In this document: positions 1-12,297 of the stretch, piece by piece
How positions within the stretch are numbered: position 1 is the stretch's first letter
Layout of the letters: each line of letters begins with the position of its first letter
Assembly: GCA_964016885.1 (NCBI GenBank)
Contig: OZ024741.1
Span: 355,322,001-355,386,000 of the forward strand
DNA from: Eledone cirrhosa
Taxonomy: Eukaryota
DNA: 64,000 bases
Direction of reading: 5' to 3'
Made by a program: the position numbers and the translations under genes
Notes under the pieces: generated by a model
The model's database searches: none
Seen by the model: the letters and a program-made list of their open reading frames with translations, nothing else
What the model was told of the DNA's origin: nothing

Positions 1-421
1 TTTCTTCAGAGCAGCACACAGGCCGAGCGGAAATGGAATTGTGGAACGACACCACCGGACGATCAAGGCAATGGCGGAGCGGGGCCATATCTCACCAATG
101 GAGGCAGTGTTCTGGTACAACATGTCCTCTCGGGTGGGACAGGTTGAGGAATCGGTGCCACACAGAGTAGTATTCAGATACGAGTGGTGGCACCCGTGCA
201 CGCCACCACAACAGCCAGTGGGGAGAGAGAATGCATTCGTGCAGGTGGGCGAAGAAGTCTGGGTTAAGCCCCCAGATGCACGTTGCACATCTCAATGGGG
301 AAGGGGAACGGTGACGGCCATAAATTCCCAGAACAATGTGTCCGTGGACGGAGTACCACGTCATGTCCTGGATGTCCGTAGAATTACTGTGTCAACGGAC
401 TCCGAGGAAGAGGAAACTTAA
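1..421 (+). mobile_element. Gypsy-like LTR retrotransposon, C-terminal part of integrase (runs off left edge)
   Basis: Reading ...RPSGNGIVERHHRTIKAM...VGEEVWVK...WGRGTVT...VSVDGVPRHVLDVRR matches the integrase catalytic-E helix plus C-terminal SH3-like region. A purine tract (agatcaggggggcg, 523-536) follows, directly before the LTR. Confidence 0.85.
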
Positions 422-536
422 AGTGCTGCCCCAACACCGCGGAGATCGCAAAGAAGTCGCAAACCACCAACCTGGACAGCAGACTTTCATATGCAGAAGG
501 ACGAGGGGGAAATTGATCCTTGAGATCAGGGGGGCG

Positions 537-806
537 TGTGGGTATGGTGTGGTGTGCGGTGGCCGGAAGCTGGGGAGTGCTCGACCGGAAGAGTGCTTGA
601 CCGGAAGGGTGCTTGGCCGGAAGGGTGCTCGACCGGAAGGGCCAGCAGGTCGGTCTCTCTCTAGTGATGACCAGGAACGGTGTGGACGCGAGCTTGGCAG
701 CTCCCGGGTGTTAATGAGTTGGACGCACGTGGAAAAGGAGAAACCAGCCTTGGGATTTAGCGCCGCCTATGAAAAGCGGTAAGTGAGATAGCTTTTTCTA
801 ACCACA
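537..806 (+). mobile_element. 3' LTR of the Gypsy-like element (270 bp)
   Basis: Starts TGTGGGTA right after the PPT and ends TAACCACA (TG...CA inverted termini). The interrupted transposase sequence resumes at 807 (caaccagtacaatt, compare 18656 caaccagtataatt). Confidence 0.8.
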
Positions 807-1854
807 CAACCAGTACAATTATGAAATCATTGGAGACTTCAAGATAGTAGCTTTCCTGCTTGGACTCCAAAGAGCCTTTATCAAATTCCAATGCTTCCTC
901 TGCCTTTGGGACAGCAGAGCCACCTCTGACCACTACAAAAGAAAGAACTGGGAGCAGCGAACAGAATTTGTAGTTGGGACCCGGAACGTCATGTGGGAGC
1001 CACTGGTTGATACCAGGATTGTGTTCATGCCGCCACTGCACATTAAGTTGGGGTTGATGAAGTTTGTGAAGGCTCTCAACCAAGAATCAGCCACTTTTAA
1101 GTACCTTCTTGAGTTCTTCCCCAAGTTATCTGAGGCCAAAATCAAAGGTGGAATTTTTGTTGGACCTCAGATAAAGAAGGTGTTTGAGTCTACCGAGTTC
1201 TCCAATAAGCTCAATAGGATTGAGAGAACAGTATGGAACTGTTTCAAAGCAGTTGTTAAGGGCTTCCTGGGCAACTACAGAACTGAAAACTACCAGCAAC
1301 TGGTGCAGGATCTGATAAAGGCTTTTGGTGCCATGGGATGCAGGATGTCGCTTAAACTCCATATGCTGGACGCTCACCTGGAAAAATTCAAGGACAATAT
1401 AGGCACCTACTCAGAAGAACAAGGCAAACGATTCCACCAAGATGTGAAAGAGATAGAGCGGAGGTACTAGGGCCACTACAATGAAAAAATGATGGGGGAT
1501 TATATGTGGGGGCTAGTGCGGGAATGCGACCTGGACTACAACCGCAAATCCAAGAAATCCAGTCATTTCTGACGTGTATAAGTTGCTTTATAAGTGTTAT
1601 TTGTTTTTACTTGTTTGCTTTTGATAAGCTTGTGTAATAAAATAAATATATACTTTGTTGATTTAATTATATGAACTGATAAATTAAAAAATAATGTGTT
1701 TTTTCTTGAAAAATATGAAAATTTCGAAATATCAAACTCCTGACCACAAACCCAAACTTCTGATTAAATAATAGTGTTTTTTTTATAATAATGGGATATA
1801 ACAAACCATGAAATGACACTTAGAACCGGGGAACAAAAAATATGTTACACGGTG
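807..1854 (+). mobile_element. Chapaev3-like (CMC) DNA transposon, 3' half, pseudogenised transposase
   Basis: Motifs PPLHIKLGLMK, FPKLSEAKIKGGIFVGPQI, MSLKLHML and EEQGxRFHQD. Right end gttacacggtg. Near-identical to 18656-19702. Contains stops and frameshifts. Confidence 0.75.
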
Positions 1855-1859
1855 ATAAT

Positions 1860-3330
1860 TTCACTGCTGCTCCTACTACACACTATTCTGTGCATCTGCT
1901 ACATGCAAAATCTCTCTTTTCTGTTTGTCAGTCTACAATCCCTCTATACTTCTTGTGTACCCAAGATTTACATTATATACATTGTATAGAGTTCCTACTT
2001 ACTCCTTTTATACATATTGAGCATGACCACTTCCCTGATTGAATTGGTGTCTTGTTCTTTTTTCTACTGGCTAAAACTTTCATCATTGCTAGGTTTACTT
2101 TAAGCCCTTCTAATTCTAAGTTCTGTTTCCACAGTAGGAATTTCTTCTGTAGCTCTTCCACTGATTCAGCTTTAAGCACCGGGTCACCAGCATACAGAAG
2201 TTTCCATGGACAGCCAGCCTTAAACTCCTCTGTTATGGCTTCGAGAACTATAATAATCAGGAGTAATTGATGAACACCTACCTGCACATTGAATTCCTCA
2301 CTAAACTCATTACCTAATCTCACTTTACTGGCAGCATCTCTGTACAGAACTTGCACTGACTACATGAGTCATTCATCTACATCCAGTTTCTTTAAAGACC
2401 ACCAGATAACAGAACATGGTACTCTGTCAAAGGCCCTTTTCAGATCTACAAAATCTAGATATAGTGGTTTACACTTAGAAAATTCTCTTGCAGTTTTTTG
2501 TTTTACTAAGAAGAGAACATCTATGGTCCTCCTTCCTGGCACAAAACCAAACTACATCTCATCTAATTTGACTATTTCCCTAATTAGTTGAGCTCACACG
2601 TTTTTCATTACTTTCATAACTTGAAAGTTTAATGCCTCTGTAGCTGCTCCTTTCTAGTGTATCTCCTTTTCCCTTTAACAGTTGAGGATTATACTGTTAC
2701 ACCAGTCAAAGATATGGCACCATCATGTATGACTGATTATGCAGGTGAATAGCTTGACTCCTACTTTCACAAAAGATTTTAATACTTCAGCAACTATTAC
2801 TGATGGTCAAATGGCTTTACCATTTTTCATTTCCCTGATTGCTTCTTTGACCCTGTAACTGTAGATTTGGTTGAGTCTACTGGTGGTACCCCTTTTCTTC
2901 TCTCTCTCATTCTCCACATTCATTAATCTCTCATAGGAGCTTCGTTCTTTTAAGTGTCAATAGGGCTAAGTGCCTTTGTCATTCTGAATACATTTCTCCC
3001 CCAACATCATCCTGATTTACTCAAACACATTGCTTCACTAGGCAGAACACCCTCATGTTGTTCATCTTCACATTGCAGCACATTAGAAAACCTCTTGCTT
3101 TCTGCTTCTCTAGATGCTGAGTAAATCTGTTGCCTAGCTTTTCTCTTAGCTACTTGATATTGCTCTTTGCTGCCATTTTTCCAGTCTTTCTATGTCCGAC
3201 TTTTAGCTTGAATAACTCTATCTTACAGTAATGTTCCCCTACCAAGTCATTTTTCTTCTGGCTGGTTCCTTGTTCCAGCCATGGATCTCATCATTAGCCA
3301 GAAGCCGGTTGTCCAATAATGATTTCTACA
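1860..3330 (-). mobile_element. Degenerate RTE-clade LINE fragment (RT region)
   Basis: ORF 1973-2356 reads VGVHQ...EEFKAGCPWKLLYAGD...GLKVNLA...SGKWSCSIC. Same family as 53112-55710. Confidence 0.85.
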
Positions 3331-3582
3331 TTAAGCACAAGGTGAGCAATTTTGAAGAAAAGGAAAAGTTGATTATATTGACCCCAGTGTTTTATTGGTT
3401 CATCAATTTATTGACCCCTAAAAAGATGACTTAGTTGACCTAAGTGGCATCAGAACATAAAGTGCTAAAACTAAATACTACAAGGCATTTTATCCAATGC
3501 TCTAATGATTCAGCTAACCAAACCAATAATAACACAATTGTTATTATATTAATGCAACAAAACTGGTTGTAATAGTTCTTAC

Positions 3583-3626
3583 CTCACATGTTCCTCTGTT
3601 CAAACACTTGTTGTGGCAAATCTTCT
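3583..3626 (-). CDS. Multi-EGF protein, coding exon 10 (EKICHNKCLNRGTCE); gene continues beyond left edge
   Basis: Acceptor ttccattctag, donor GAG|gtaag. 44 nt, phase 1 to 0, in frame with exon 9. First half of an EGF repeat. Too short for the ORF track. Confidence 0.8.
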
Positions 3627-3724
3627 CTAGAATGGAAACAACAATTACATTATGGATTACAAACTAATCAAATAGACGGATCCTCCATATATGTATGTGA
3701 TTATTTCTACTGCTTAACTCTTTT

Positions 3725-4810
3725 TTTTTTAACCCAAGCCTAAAGGCTCATCATGGTTTTCTGAGAAATCAAACCACCCATCTTGAACAAGATGTCAGTC
3801 CATCACAGGGCTGACTCCCAGCCAATGCCAGTACTCATTTTCAACTGAGTGTACAGGAGCAGCATGAAATGAAGTGTTTTGTATCTAGGAATCGAACCCA
3901 TGAAATTATGATCATAAGTACAACACCTTAACCACTAGACCACATGTCTTCATTTACTCAACTCTTAACATACAGTAATGAATTAGCAGAAAATATATAA
4001 AAATGGGCATAATAATTCAAATGTTTATAGTGTTTACTAGTAGATAGAATGTTGTGAAAATTTGCATTAAACTAAAATAAAGACTTTAATACTTAATATG
4101 ATGCAGTTGTTGTGCTGTTTTATACTTTTCAAGAATACCTTACTAATCAGCTTCATGTAGTACAGGGTGTTAAGATATAATTAGTGTGGACAGGTATAGT
4201 ATATATGTCACACACATATAGACATGCAGACACACAAATGCATATACACAAATGCATCCAGACAGAACCACAAATACACATATACACACATGCACACTCA
4301 CTTACACACACACACACAAAATTCACATATATATATATATACAATAACCAAAAGAAAGTAATATATATATATATCATCATCATCATCATCGTTTAACTTC
4401 CATTTTCCATGCTAGCATAGGTTGGACGGGTCGTCCCATTTGAGGTAAGTTGGGTCAGGTCCCTGTGTCTTACTGACTGTTTCTGGCTTGGCTATATATA
4501 TATATGTATATATATAACAAAATATAAATAAAGCATATGCATGTGAAAAAGTTGAAAAGTTTCTCAAGCTTAGAAGTACATCAGACTGGAGCTTATCCTG
4601 GTTTTCTGTGACAAAAATTACCCATGGATGGGATGCCAGTTAAAAGTAAGGTTAATCCCAGCAGTTTGATGTATTCATTTTCAGTTGAGAGAGCTGTAGC
4701 AATTTGAAATGAAGTGTCTTGTTTAAGGAATCAATGTGCAACCCTGTCCAGGAATTGATCCTAAGATTTTATGATCATGAAACCAATACTCTAACAACTA
4801 GGCCACTTGT
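3725..4810 (-). mobile_element. Two degenerate tRNA-derived SINE copies (about 3725-3950 and 4585-4810) with an RTE 3'-tail fragment (about 4375-4490) between them
   Basis: Reverse-strand A/B-box-like heads (gtggtctagtggttaagg...gggttcgattcc) and a shared body ...gaaatgaagtgt.... The (CAT)n-gtttaac signature marks the RTE 3' end. Confidence 0.55.
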
Positions 4811-5362
4811 CTTGATTGCTGACAGAGTTAAGTTGTTCTTACTTTGTAATTCTGATTTACAGATATTTAGGTTGATTAGACCATTTGAAGGGTACATGGC
4901 TGGGCCCAAAACTCAAAAGTCTGAAGCAATGCTTGCAGATTGGATTTGAACTCACAACAACATAGTCCTTAGTATGATATCACAGCATGTTACATTAACC
5001 AAGTGTCTTCAACCCTGGACTGGATTAAATCCTATTGAGGCCCTAAGTACTTATAAGATTATAGTGCTTTACATATACAAAGCCTGTGTCCCACCCCCAA
5101 AAAGATTTTTTTGAATGACAAATACATTCAATATGAATAAAATAGCGCTCTTTTCCATGTTGATGCTCTAAGAAGGTGATTATTTTGCTTAATGCTAGAT
5201 CCAGCCCTGCTCCAACCATAGCCTTGACCAAATCCTCGTGTGGCAGATTTAGTAGACAGTCTAGAGATTGATCTCATGACCTGATGATCATGAGACCATG
5301 AATACTTTAACTACTAGCCATGCATCTTCTTGTGAAGACGGTTAGAATGATATTTTACTTAC

Positions 5363-5479
5363 CTTGCTCACATCGGATACCATAGTAACCAGTTTGACAC
5401 TTGCATTTAAAACTGCCAGGAACATCTTCTTTACAGAAGCCACCATTTTGACAAGGTTGTGAGAGACATTCCTGGATAT
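5363..5479 (-). CDS. Multi-EGF protein, exon 9 ([16 protein letters not shown]...CEQ), 1 EGF
   Basis: Acceptor tttctag|AT, donor CAA G|gtaagt. 117 nt, phase 1 to 1. Confidence 0.93.
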
Positions 5480-6296
5480 CTAGAAATAGAAGCATTAAAA
5501 CAATTCTAGATGTTTGATGTTTAAGGACCATAAAAGTATTTTGTGTAATAATGATTGCACACACACGCATGCACACACACACACACAGCTACACATTATT
5601 ATTCATACATTCCAAAAGTTTATGGTTGACTTATTAATTGAAATAATGCATTCTAAGTATAGCAATGAAACCTAAGGTAGCGTTATAAACTTTTGAATGT
5701 ATGAATCATAATAAATTTGCTCTGTATAGAGTGCTTTTTCTTCTTGTAGACTCTCTCACGACTTGTATACATAAATACATACATATATATGATGGCTGCC
5801 CCCTCGTTATTGAGTACGGCCATTGCATGATATAACATTATTAATAATTATAATTAATTCTATCATGCAATGCCTGTGCGTGAAGACTTTTTTTAAAGTG
5901 AGGAAAGACTGTGCACTGAGCCAATCCCACTCTCTGAGCGACAGTAGCTATAACCTGAAAAGAAGAAAAGATCAACATCATCGGTAACTACTGAGCCGCA
6001 GGTTTTATATCGGAGTTATCCCAGTTTCCTGAGTTGCCTTCTCCTAGAAGAATGCCCTGACAAAGGCTAGGGGTCCTTTACCCCCAGTGGTTTAACCACG
6101 CGATCGAGTATCCAGCCCGATTATTTCTATGTTCCCGTGCATATACATACACATGCATATATGTATGTACATATATACATATATATACACACACACCCAT
6201 ACAGTATACACATATTTACACAATTTTTGACTCTTACAAATTCTTCCGCCCTTTGTCAGGTCTTGTTTTTTGTCCTGCAGGGACCCTCCTCACCAA

Positions 6297-6373
<77 letters not shown>

Positions 6374-6859
6374 CATATCATACACACATGCATCCATCAT
6401 CATCATATGCATGAGCATCAGTGTCCTCATAATGACAGTAAAGTGGTTGATGATAGGAAGAGCCTCCAGCCAAAGAGTTGGGAGAACAATTCCGCTGTAT
6501 CAAAGACATGAAAGCCTTCTTAATGCTGGTGTCAAAATAAAATGCACCCAGTACACTCTGTAGAGTACAGTAAAGTTTGTAAGCAAGACACAGCCTTATG
6601 GGAAGTCAGTAGCACAGATTAAGTGCTGATTAAGAACTGAAAGATACTACTTACCATGATAGCATAAGTCTCCATCGAAACCTTTTGAACATATACATTT
6701 GAAGTTTCCAGGTCCTTCTTCCCAGCAAGTACCATTGTTTAAGCATGGATGAGAATCACATTCTTTGATATCTTAAAATTAAAAATATATAAATATATAA
6801 TAAAATAAAACTACAAAAAATCAAAGTTCACCCTGTATAGTGATCTGGTGCTATAAAAA

Positions 6860-9565
6860 CAAAGCAAAGGTAAAGGGGATACACTAAATAGAGGAAACTA
6901 TAGATGCATCAAATTGATAGACCAGGCCATGAAAGTAACAGAAAGAGCTATAGCACAGTTGATTAGGGACCAGGTTAACCCAGAGGAAATGCAGTTCGAA
7001 TTTGTACCGGATAAGAGCACCACAGATGCTCTCTTCCGTGTGAAGCAGCTACAGAAGTACATAGCTAAAAGTAAGCAACTCTACCTGGCATCCTGGCATT
7101 TGTTGTTCTGGATAAAGCTTTTGACAGAGTGCCCAGTGCCATAATCTGGTGGGCTCTTAGAAAACTAGGAGTAGATGAGTGGCTTGTGAAGGTTGTACAA
7201 GCCATGTATAGGGGAGCAAAGTTAAGATTAACAACCACTATAGCAAGGAATTTAGTGTGCAGATTAGTGTCCATAAGGGCTCTGTTCTTAGCCCTCACCT
7301 GTTTATTATTGTTCTGCAGGCTATAACAGGCAATTTAAGACTGGCTGCCTATGGGAACTCCTGTATGCAGATGATCTTACACTCATAACTGAATATATGG
7401 CAGAATTAGAGAAGAAATTCCAAACTTAGAAGCATGGCCTAGAAACAAAAGGTCTTAAAGTCAACCTGACAAAGATTAAGTTCTTAGTAAGTGGAAGGGA
7501 AAATAGAGCTGTGATCCCCTTGGGGAAATGGCCTTCCTCAGTGTGTAGGAAAGGTATAGATAGAAATTCCATTCTCTGTCCAAAATGGAATCTATGGATA
7601 CACAAGAGATGTAGTGGGATGTCAGGTAGTTTAGCTAAGAATGTAGGTGTAGCGGATAAAATATTCCTTTTCGGGATGAATGGTAAAAAGAATAATGCCA
7701 GAATTGTGATGTTGACAATGTTTATTCTACAATAACAATATTCGCTTTGAACATCGAGTAATATTATTTATGACAGGATTTATCACTACATTATTTTCTG
7801 ACTAGCTACTTCGAGTTAGCATGTATGCATGTATCAATACGACAATACAATATGACAGGCAGACGGAAGAATCGATGAAAATGACTGTGTGTGTGTGTCT
7901 ATTCTTAGTATATGTTATTCATCTCAAGGACTGCTGGTTTGGTCTGGCTGTCTGGCTGTAGTCTGTGGCCAAGAAGGTGAAAGCCAGTAAGGCCTGGAGA
8001 GAGAAAGGGTAAAAGGTCTGCTGATGCCTACATCGTTATCTCTCAAGGACTGCTGCTTCGTGTCTGCTGTCTGGGTTCCCCATGTATTTATAATAATGTT
8101 ATAATTAGAAGGATGTGTATCTAGGTTGATTTATGATTAGCCATCTGTGTTTCTTCTGTCTACAAGCTGGGGTCACAGGTCAAGTGGTATGTACGTTTAT
8201 CATACTTGTTTCTTTACAGGGCGATTGTGGGAACTTCCAACAATAGGTCGTTCTAGAGGCGAGAAATCTCAGATTCAGTTTCAAATCTTCGCCAGTAAAA
8301 CGTAGGAGTATTCCGTTATATAGGTTTTATATGTAGCTGTTGCACCAGAGCAGCAAGTAGCAAATGACTACAGCAAACAAGTGCTATCAAATTCTGGGAA
8401 GGTTTGTAGAACTAGTAAACAACTTCTGCTACATAGGGGACCAAATTAGCTGCGGAGATGAGTGTTCTGAAAGTACAGTAGCCAGAGTGAGGACGAGATG
8501 GAAGAAGTTCAAGGAGCTACTACCACTACTAACTATAAAAGGCTTTTCCTTCGAAATGACACATGTATACAAGCAGCAATGTTGCATCGTATGAAGCCTG
8601 GGCGCTGTGTGCAGAGAACTTATGATGATTGGAAAGAAATAAAGCTTACTTGCTTCAATGGATGTGTAATAGTAATATACATGAACGACAAAGCATAAAT
8701 GAACTGAAAGTGAAACTAGGCATAAGAGGAATCAGATGCAGTGTGCAAGAGAGGAGATTACGTTGGTATGGACATGTGATGTGCATGAAGGATGACAGCT
8801 GGAAAAGAAGGTGCAGAACACTCAAAGTTGATGAAAGCTATGGAGTAGGAAGACCCAGGAAGACTTGGGATGAGACGATAAAAGCTGACCTTACACAATT
8901 GCACTTCTCAAAGGCAACGACACTGGACTGGAATCGCTGGCATTATGCAGTAATACAGAAGATCTGCCTTCCCATGAGTACAGGCTAAAGCATACATAGA
9001 GTATTCATCTCCATCCCCCTGCCCATACACCTCCCATGGGCACAGGCTGAACATACATCTGGTATACACAACCTTCACCTTCATCCCCCTTCCATACACC
9101 TTCCACATCCTAACACTTGGCCCCCTCACACACACCCATATACCCATCTCCCTAATACCTACACACACACCCTTCCCATCAAAGCTCCCAGCCCACACTG
9201 TAAGGTGATTATGTAGGTGTCATGACAAAAAGCTTCCAGCCCACACTGCAAAGAGGTCATGAAGGTGTCATGACAAAAAGTACCCTGCCCTTATTTTAAG
9301 GCAGTCGTGTAGATATCACGACAAAAAGCACCCAGCCAGCACTGTAAAGTGGTTGTGTAGCTGCCACACCAAAAAGTGCCCAGTACTCATTGTAAATGTG
9401 GTTGGCATTAGGAAGGGCATCCAGCCATAGAAGTCAAGCCAAAATCAGTTCTGTATGAGCAAGACATGGTCATCTGACCTGACTTGCCTCGAATGAGACA
9501 ACCTGTCTAACCTATGCTAGCATGGAAAGTGGGCATTAAACAATGATAATGATGATGATGATGAC
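6860..9565 (+). mobile_element. Degenerate 5'-truncated RTE LINE, interrupted by a solo LTR
   Basis: Fragmented RT ORFs at 6914, 7129, 7511, 8364 and 8629 (ERRLRWYGHV...GRPRKTW). 3' UTR ends in (GAT)n at about 9545-9565. Confidence 0.88.
7648..8320. mobile_element. Solo LTR (about 673 bp) with 4-bp TSD
   Basis: Termini tgtagcgga...tccgttata (decayed TG..CA inverted repeat). TAGG is duplicated at 7644-7647 and 8321-8324. Removing the insert restores the RTE reading NVGF.CS. Confidence 0.8.
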
Positions 9566-9603
9566 ATATATATATATATATAACAAATTTAATATAGAAA
9601 TAA

Positions 9604-9653
9604 CTTCTACAAGACTAGAACTGTTTCATTGGAAGGAAATCATCAGGAAAGCC
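9604..9653 (-). ncRNA. Type I hammerhead ribozyme-like motif (PLE pLTR remnant)
   Basis: Minus strand reads ggctttc-CTGATGA-tttccttccaat-GAAA-cag ttctagtc ttg-TA-gaag. Stem II is weak. The 3' half matches 60297-60325. Confidence 0.5.
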
Positions 9654-9760
9654 CCTCCCACCTCCATATCACCAGGGCCTTGAAAAAAGAGTCATGGGTA
9701 CTGCTCTTCTGTCTCTGACTGAACAATAAAAAAAAAAAAAGGTAGAGTAAACATACTCAC

Positions 9761-10186
9761 CAGTTTCACAGTTCTTCCCTGTAAAGCCTGTATCATCACA
9801 AAGGCATTTATACCCTCCAATGCCAACCTGATGGCATATACCATTATTGCAAGGCTTGCTGGCACATTCGTTGATGTCAACTTCACATTGATGTCCATCA
9901 GTGCCATTTAAACAGTCACAGAGGTATTTACCCTTTGGCTTTGTCTCACACCGACCACCATTACGACAGGGTGCTGAATGACAGGCGTCATACTTTTTTT
10001 CGCAGTAGACACCCCTGTAACCAGCTAGACAGTTGCAGAATACAAAACCAGGCTGTGTGTTTGTGCAGTTACCACCGTTTAGGCATGGCTGTGATAGACA
10101 TTCATCAATTTCCATTTCGCATATCTTCCCTGTGAAACCAGGTTTACAGTTGCAGTTGAACACACCAGGTCTTCCCTGGGAACATG
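9761..10186 (-). CDS. Multi-EGF protein, exon 8 ([14 protein letters not shown]...GKNCET), about 3.5 EGF
   Basis: Acceptor ctctcatacag|CA, donor ACT G|gtgagt. 426 nt, phase 1 to 1. Overlaps ORF 9669-10163. Confidence 0.95.
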
Positions 10187-10450
10187 CTGTATGAGAGAAA
10201 ATATATATATATGATATGCATGTTTCTGTGTATGTTTGTAAATGTATGAGTGTGCATGTATTATATTATATATATATATATATATTAGGATTGGTGCTCT
10301 GAAATAGCGATGTATCCATGAATGTATGCATAGTATATTTGGCAATATACCATATGTTTAATTAAAAACATTTTGAAGACCTTACGCTATCATTTTTAAA
10401 GTAGTGACTATGTCACTTACTTCTTTTCGGCGAAAGAAGGCAGGCAGAGA

Positions 10451-10491
10451 AGCTAACAGTCCGTTTCAAGTTGTTGGCAATCATCAGAGCT
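10451..10491 (-). ncRNA. Type I hammerhead-like motif
   Basis: Minus strand reads agct-CTGATGA-ttgccaacaactt-GAAA-cggactg-TT-agct. Stem I is agct/agct. Confidence 0.5.
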
Positions 10492-10748
10492 AGAAATGAG
10501 GAAAATCTGGATGCAGGAGAATAGCAGTGAAAACAGCTTTAGAAAATTTTAATTTGATTCTCTGTAGCAGTTGCTAGCCACTTTTTCTGTTTGTAGGGGT
10601 AATTTTACCTGATTTTCTAAAGATATTTTCACTGTTATTCGCCCCCATTCGAAATCTACATTTCTAAAAATATTTCAACTTGCTTGATGTTTTCTCTCCT
10701 TAAAACCCCCTTACTCCTTCTCGGAGTTCCTATTCTCCTCCATTCAAA

Positions 10749-10786
10749 CTTTTCTGATGAAGGACTTCGGTCTGAAACGTTAAAAC
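10749..10786 (+). ncRNA. Minimal type I hammerhead ribozyme (PLE-type)
   Basis: tttt-CTGATGA-aggac TTCG gtct-GAAA-CG-TT-aaaa. Intact core, TTCG-capped stem II and palindromic ACGT stem III. Confidence 0.8.
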
Positions 10787-10861
10787 CTCCTCCACTTCCA
10801 CCAAGCGCGAACCTAATATAACTGTGTACAATTGATTTCTGTGTTTTGTTCGTTCATTTTC

Positions 10862-10892
<31 letters not shown>

Positions 10893-10895
<3 letters not shown>

Positions 10896-12281
10896 GAACT
10901 GCCACCTGCCCACTACAAAATAGTTGCCTGGAATCAAGTATAGTGTTCCTGTGTACTATCAAATCAGGCAACTTAGCATGGCACTACATAAGTTCTACTG
11001 CAGGGAATTGAAAAAAAGATGGTATGTACATAGACATTCTATAAAAAAACGTAGACTAGAGAACTCAACGACGTTGGCCAATAAGATCTGGCAGCTTAAG
11101 AACACCAACCAGGAATATGAGATTAGCTGGTCGAAGTTATCATGCGCAAGGGCCTACGATAATGGAATGCTCCACTGCAGACTTTGCAATATGGAGCTGC
11201 TCCATATTTTAAAGTATGATAAAATGCTGCTTAACAACAAAATAGAACGATCAATTTTCTGTAGACACAAAACAGCTACCAAGTTCTGTAACTTCAAACC
11301 GGCATGATTCGATCCAGCAATCTCAGAATTCAAGCAGAACCACCCGGGTTTTAATGTACCAGCTCCACCCCACCCCACTGTTGTTAGCTATCAACTGACC
11401 AACTGATCATTAAATCAACATCATAAATCTGCCAATCTTTCTTTAACTCTCTCTCTCTATAGCCCTATCACTTCCATTAAGATAAAACAATCAGTCTGCC
11501 AGACATTAAACACACGTATATCATCACTGCCCCTTTCACTTTTTATTCTCTATCTATCTACTCCTTCTGCGTCCTTAACCCTACCCCTTATGTCTCATCC
11601 TCAAATCCTTATCCTCACTCTCTGTCTCCTGTTCCTTATCCTTTCCTCTCTTACTTATTTTTTATTTTTTATCTTTTATCTGTTATTTTTTATTTTTTAA
11701 TCTTTTTTATTTTAATCCTCTGAGATTTGATTGTACCTGTTGCCTTTATACTACATATCATGTATTCCGTATTTCTTTTCATGTTATTGTTATCTTTACC
11801 GTCATCACTATTTTACACCACTATAACTTCAACTCACCACTATAACTACCACCACCACCACCACCACCACCACTACTACTATCAGCAATCGTATTCTGTA
11901 CTTATTTTTTGCTTATTTTTTACATCTTTATCATTTTCATTCTAACTTCTTTATTATTATCTTTTATTATATTTTATTATTGATGTTATTGTTTTCATTC
12001 TCCGATGTATCTATAAATACCAATGCCATGTGTTACACCCTCCAGTTTCCGATGATTTGATCAGAGACACACACTGTATTTAAGGTCGAGTGATGCAACT
12101 TTGAGTGATTAGCGGCCTTTAGACTCACCTGATCAATGAAACAATTGTTAATACTGTAAATAAAACCCTTTTTCTACAGCCGACCATGTTATTCTTCACT
12201 CTTTCACTACTATTACTCCAGTATTGAGTACTCTGGTGCATTATGGTTCATCTGGTATCTTACCACACCTTCTTTGTTGTT
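10893..12281 (+). mobile_element. Penelope-like element 3' fragment: GIY-YIG endonuclease end, 3' UTR and pLTR
   Basis: ORF 10924-11307 reads ...ENSTTLANKIWQLK...ISWSKL...CRLCNME...LNNKIERSIFCRHK. Hammerhead-like motif at 12043-12156 (core CCGATGA). (TA)n on both sides. Confidence 0.8.
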
Positions 12282-12297
12282 ATATATATATATATAT

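Noticed and set aside
336-782. 148-aa ORF
   Set aside because: It spans the PPT and the tandem-repeat LTR and has no protein motif, so it is a chance ORF in GC-rich LTR.
4559-4586. Minus-strand CTGATGT...GAAAC hammerhead-like string
   Set aside because: Core position A9 is wrong and there are no convincing stems I or III.
6137-6563. ORFs with YIYIYI or HTHTHT runs (also at 12.9, 13.8, 27.6-28.1 and 59.0 kb)
   Set aside because: These are translations of (TA)n and (CA)n microsatellites.
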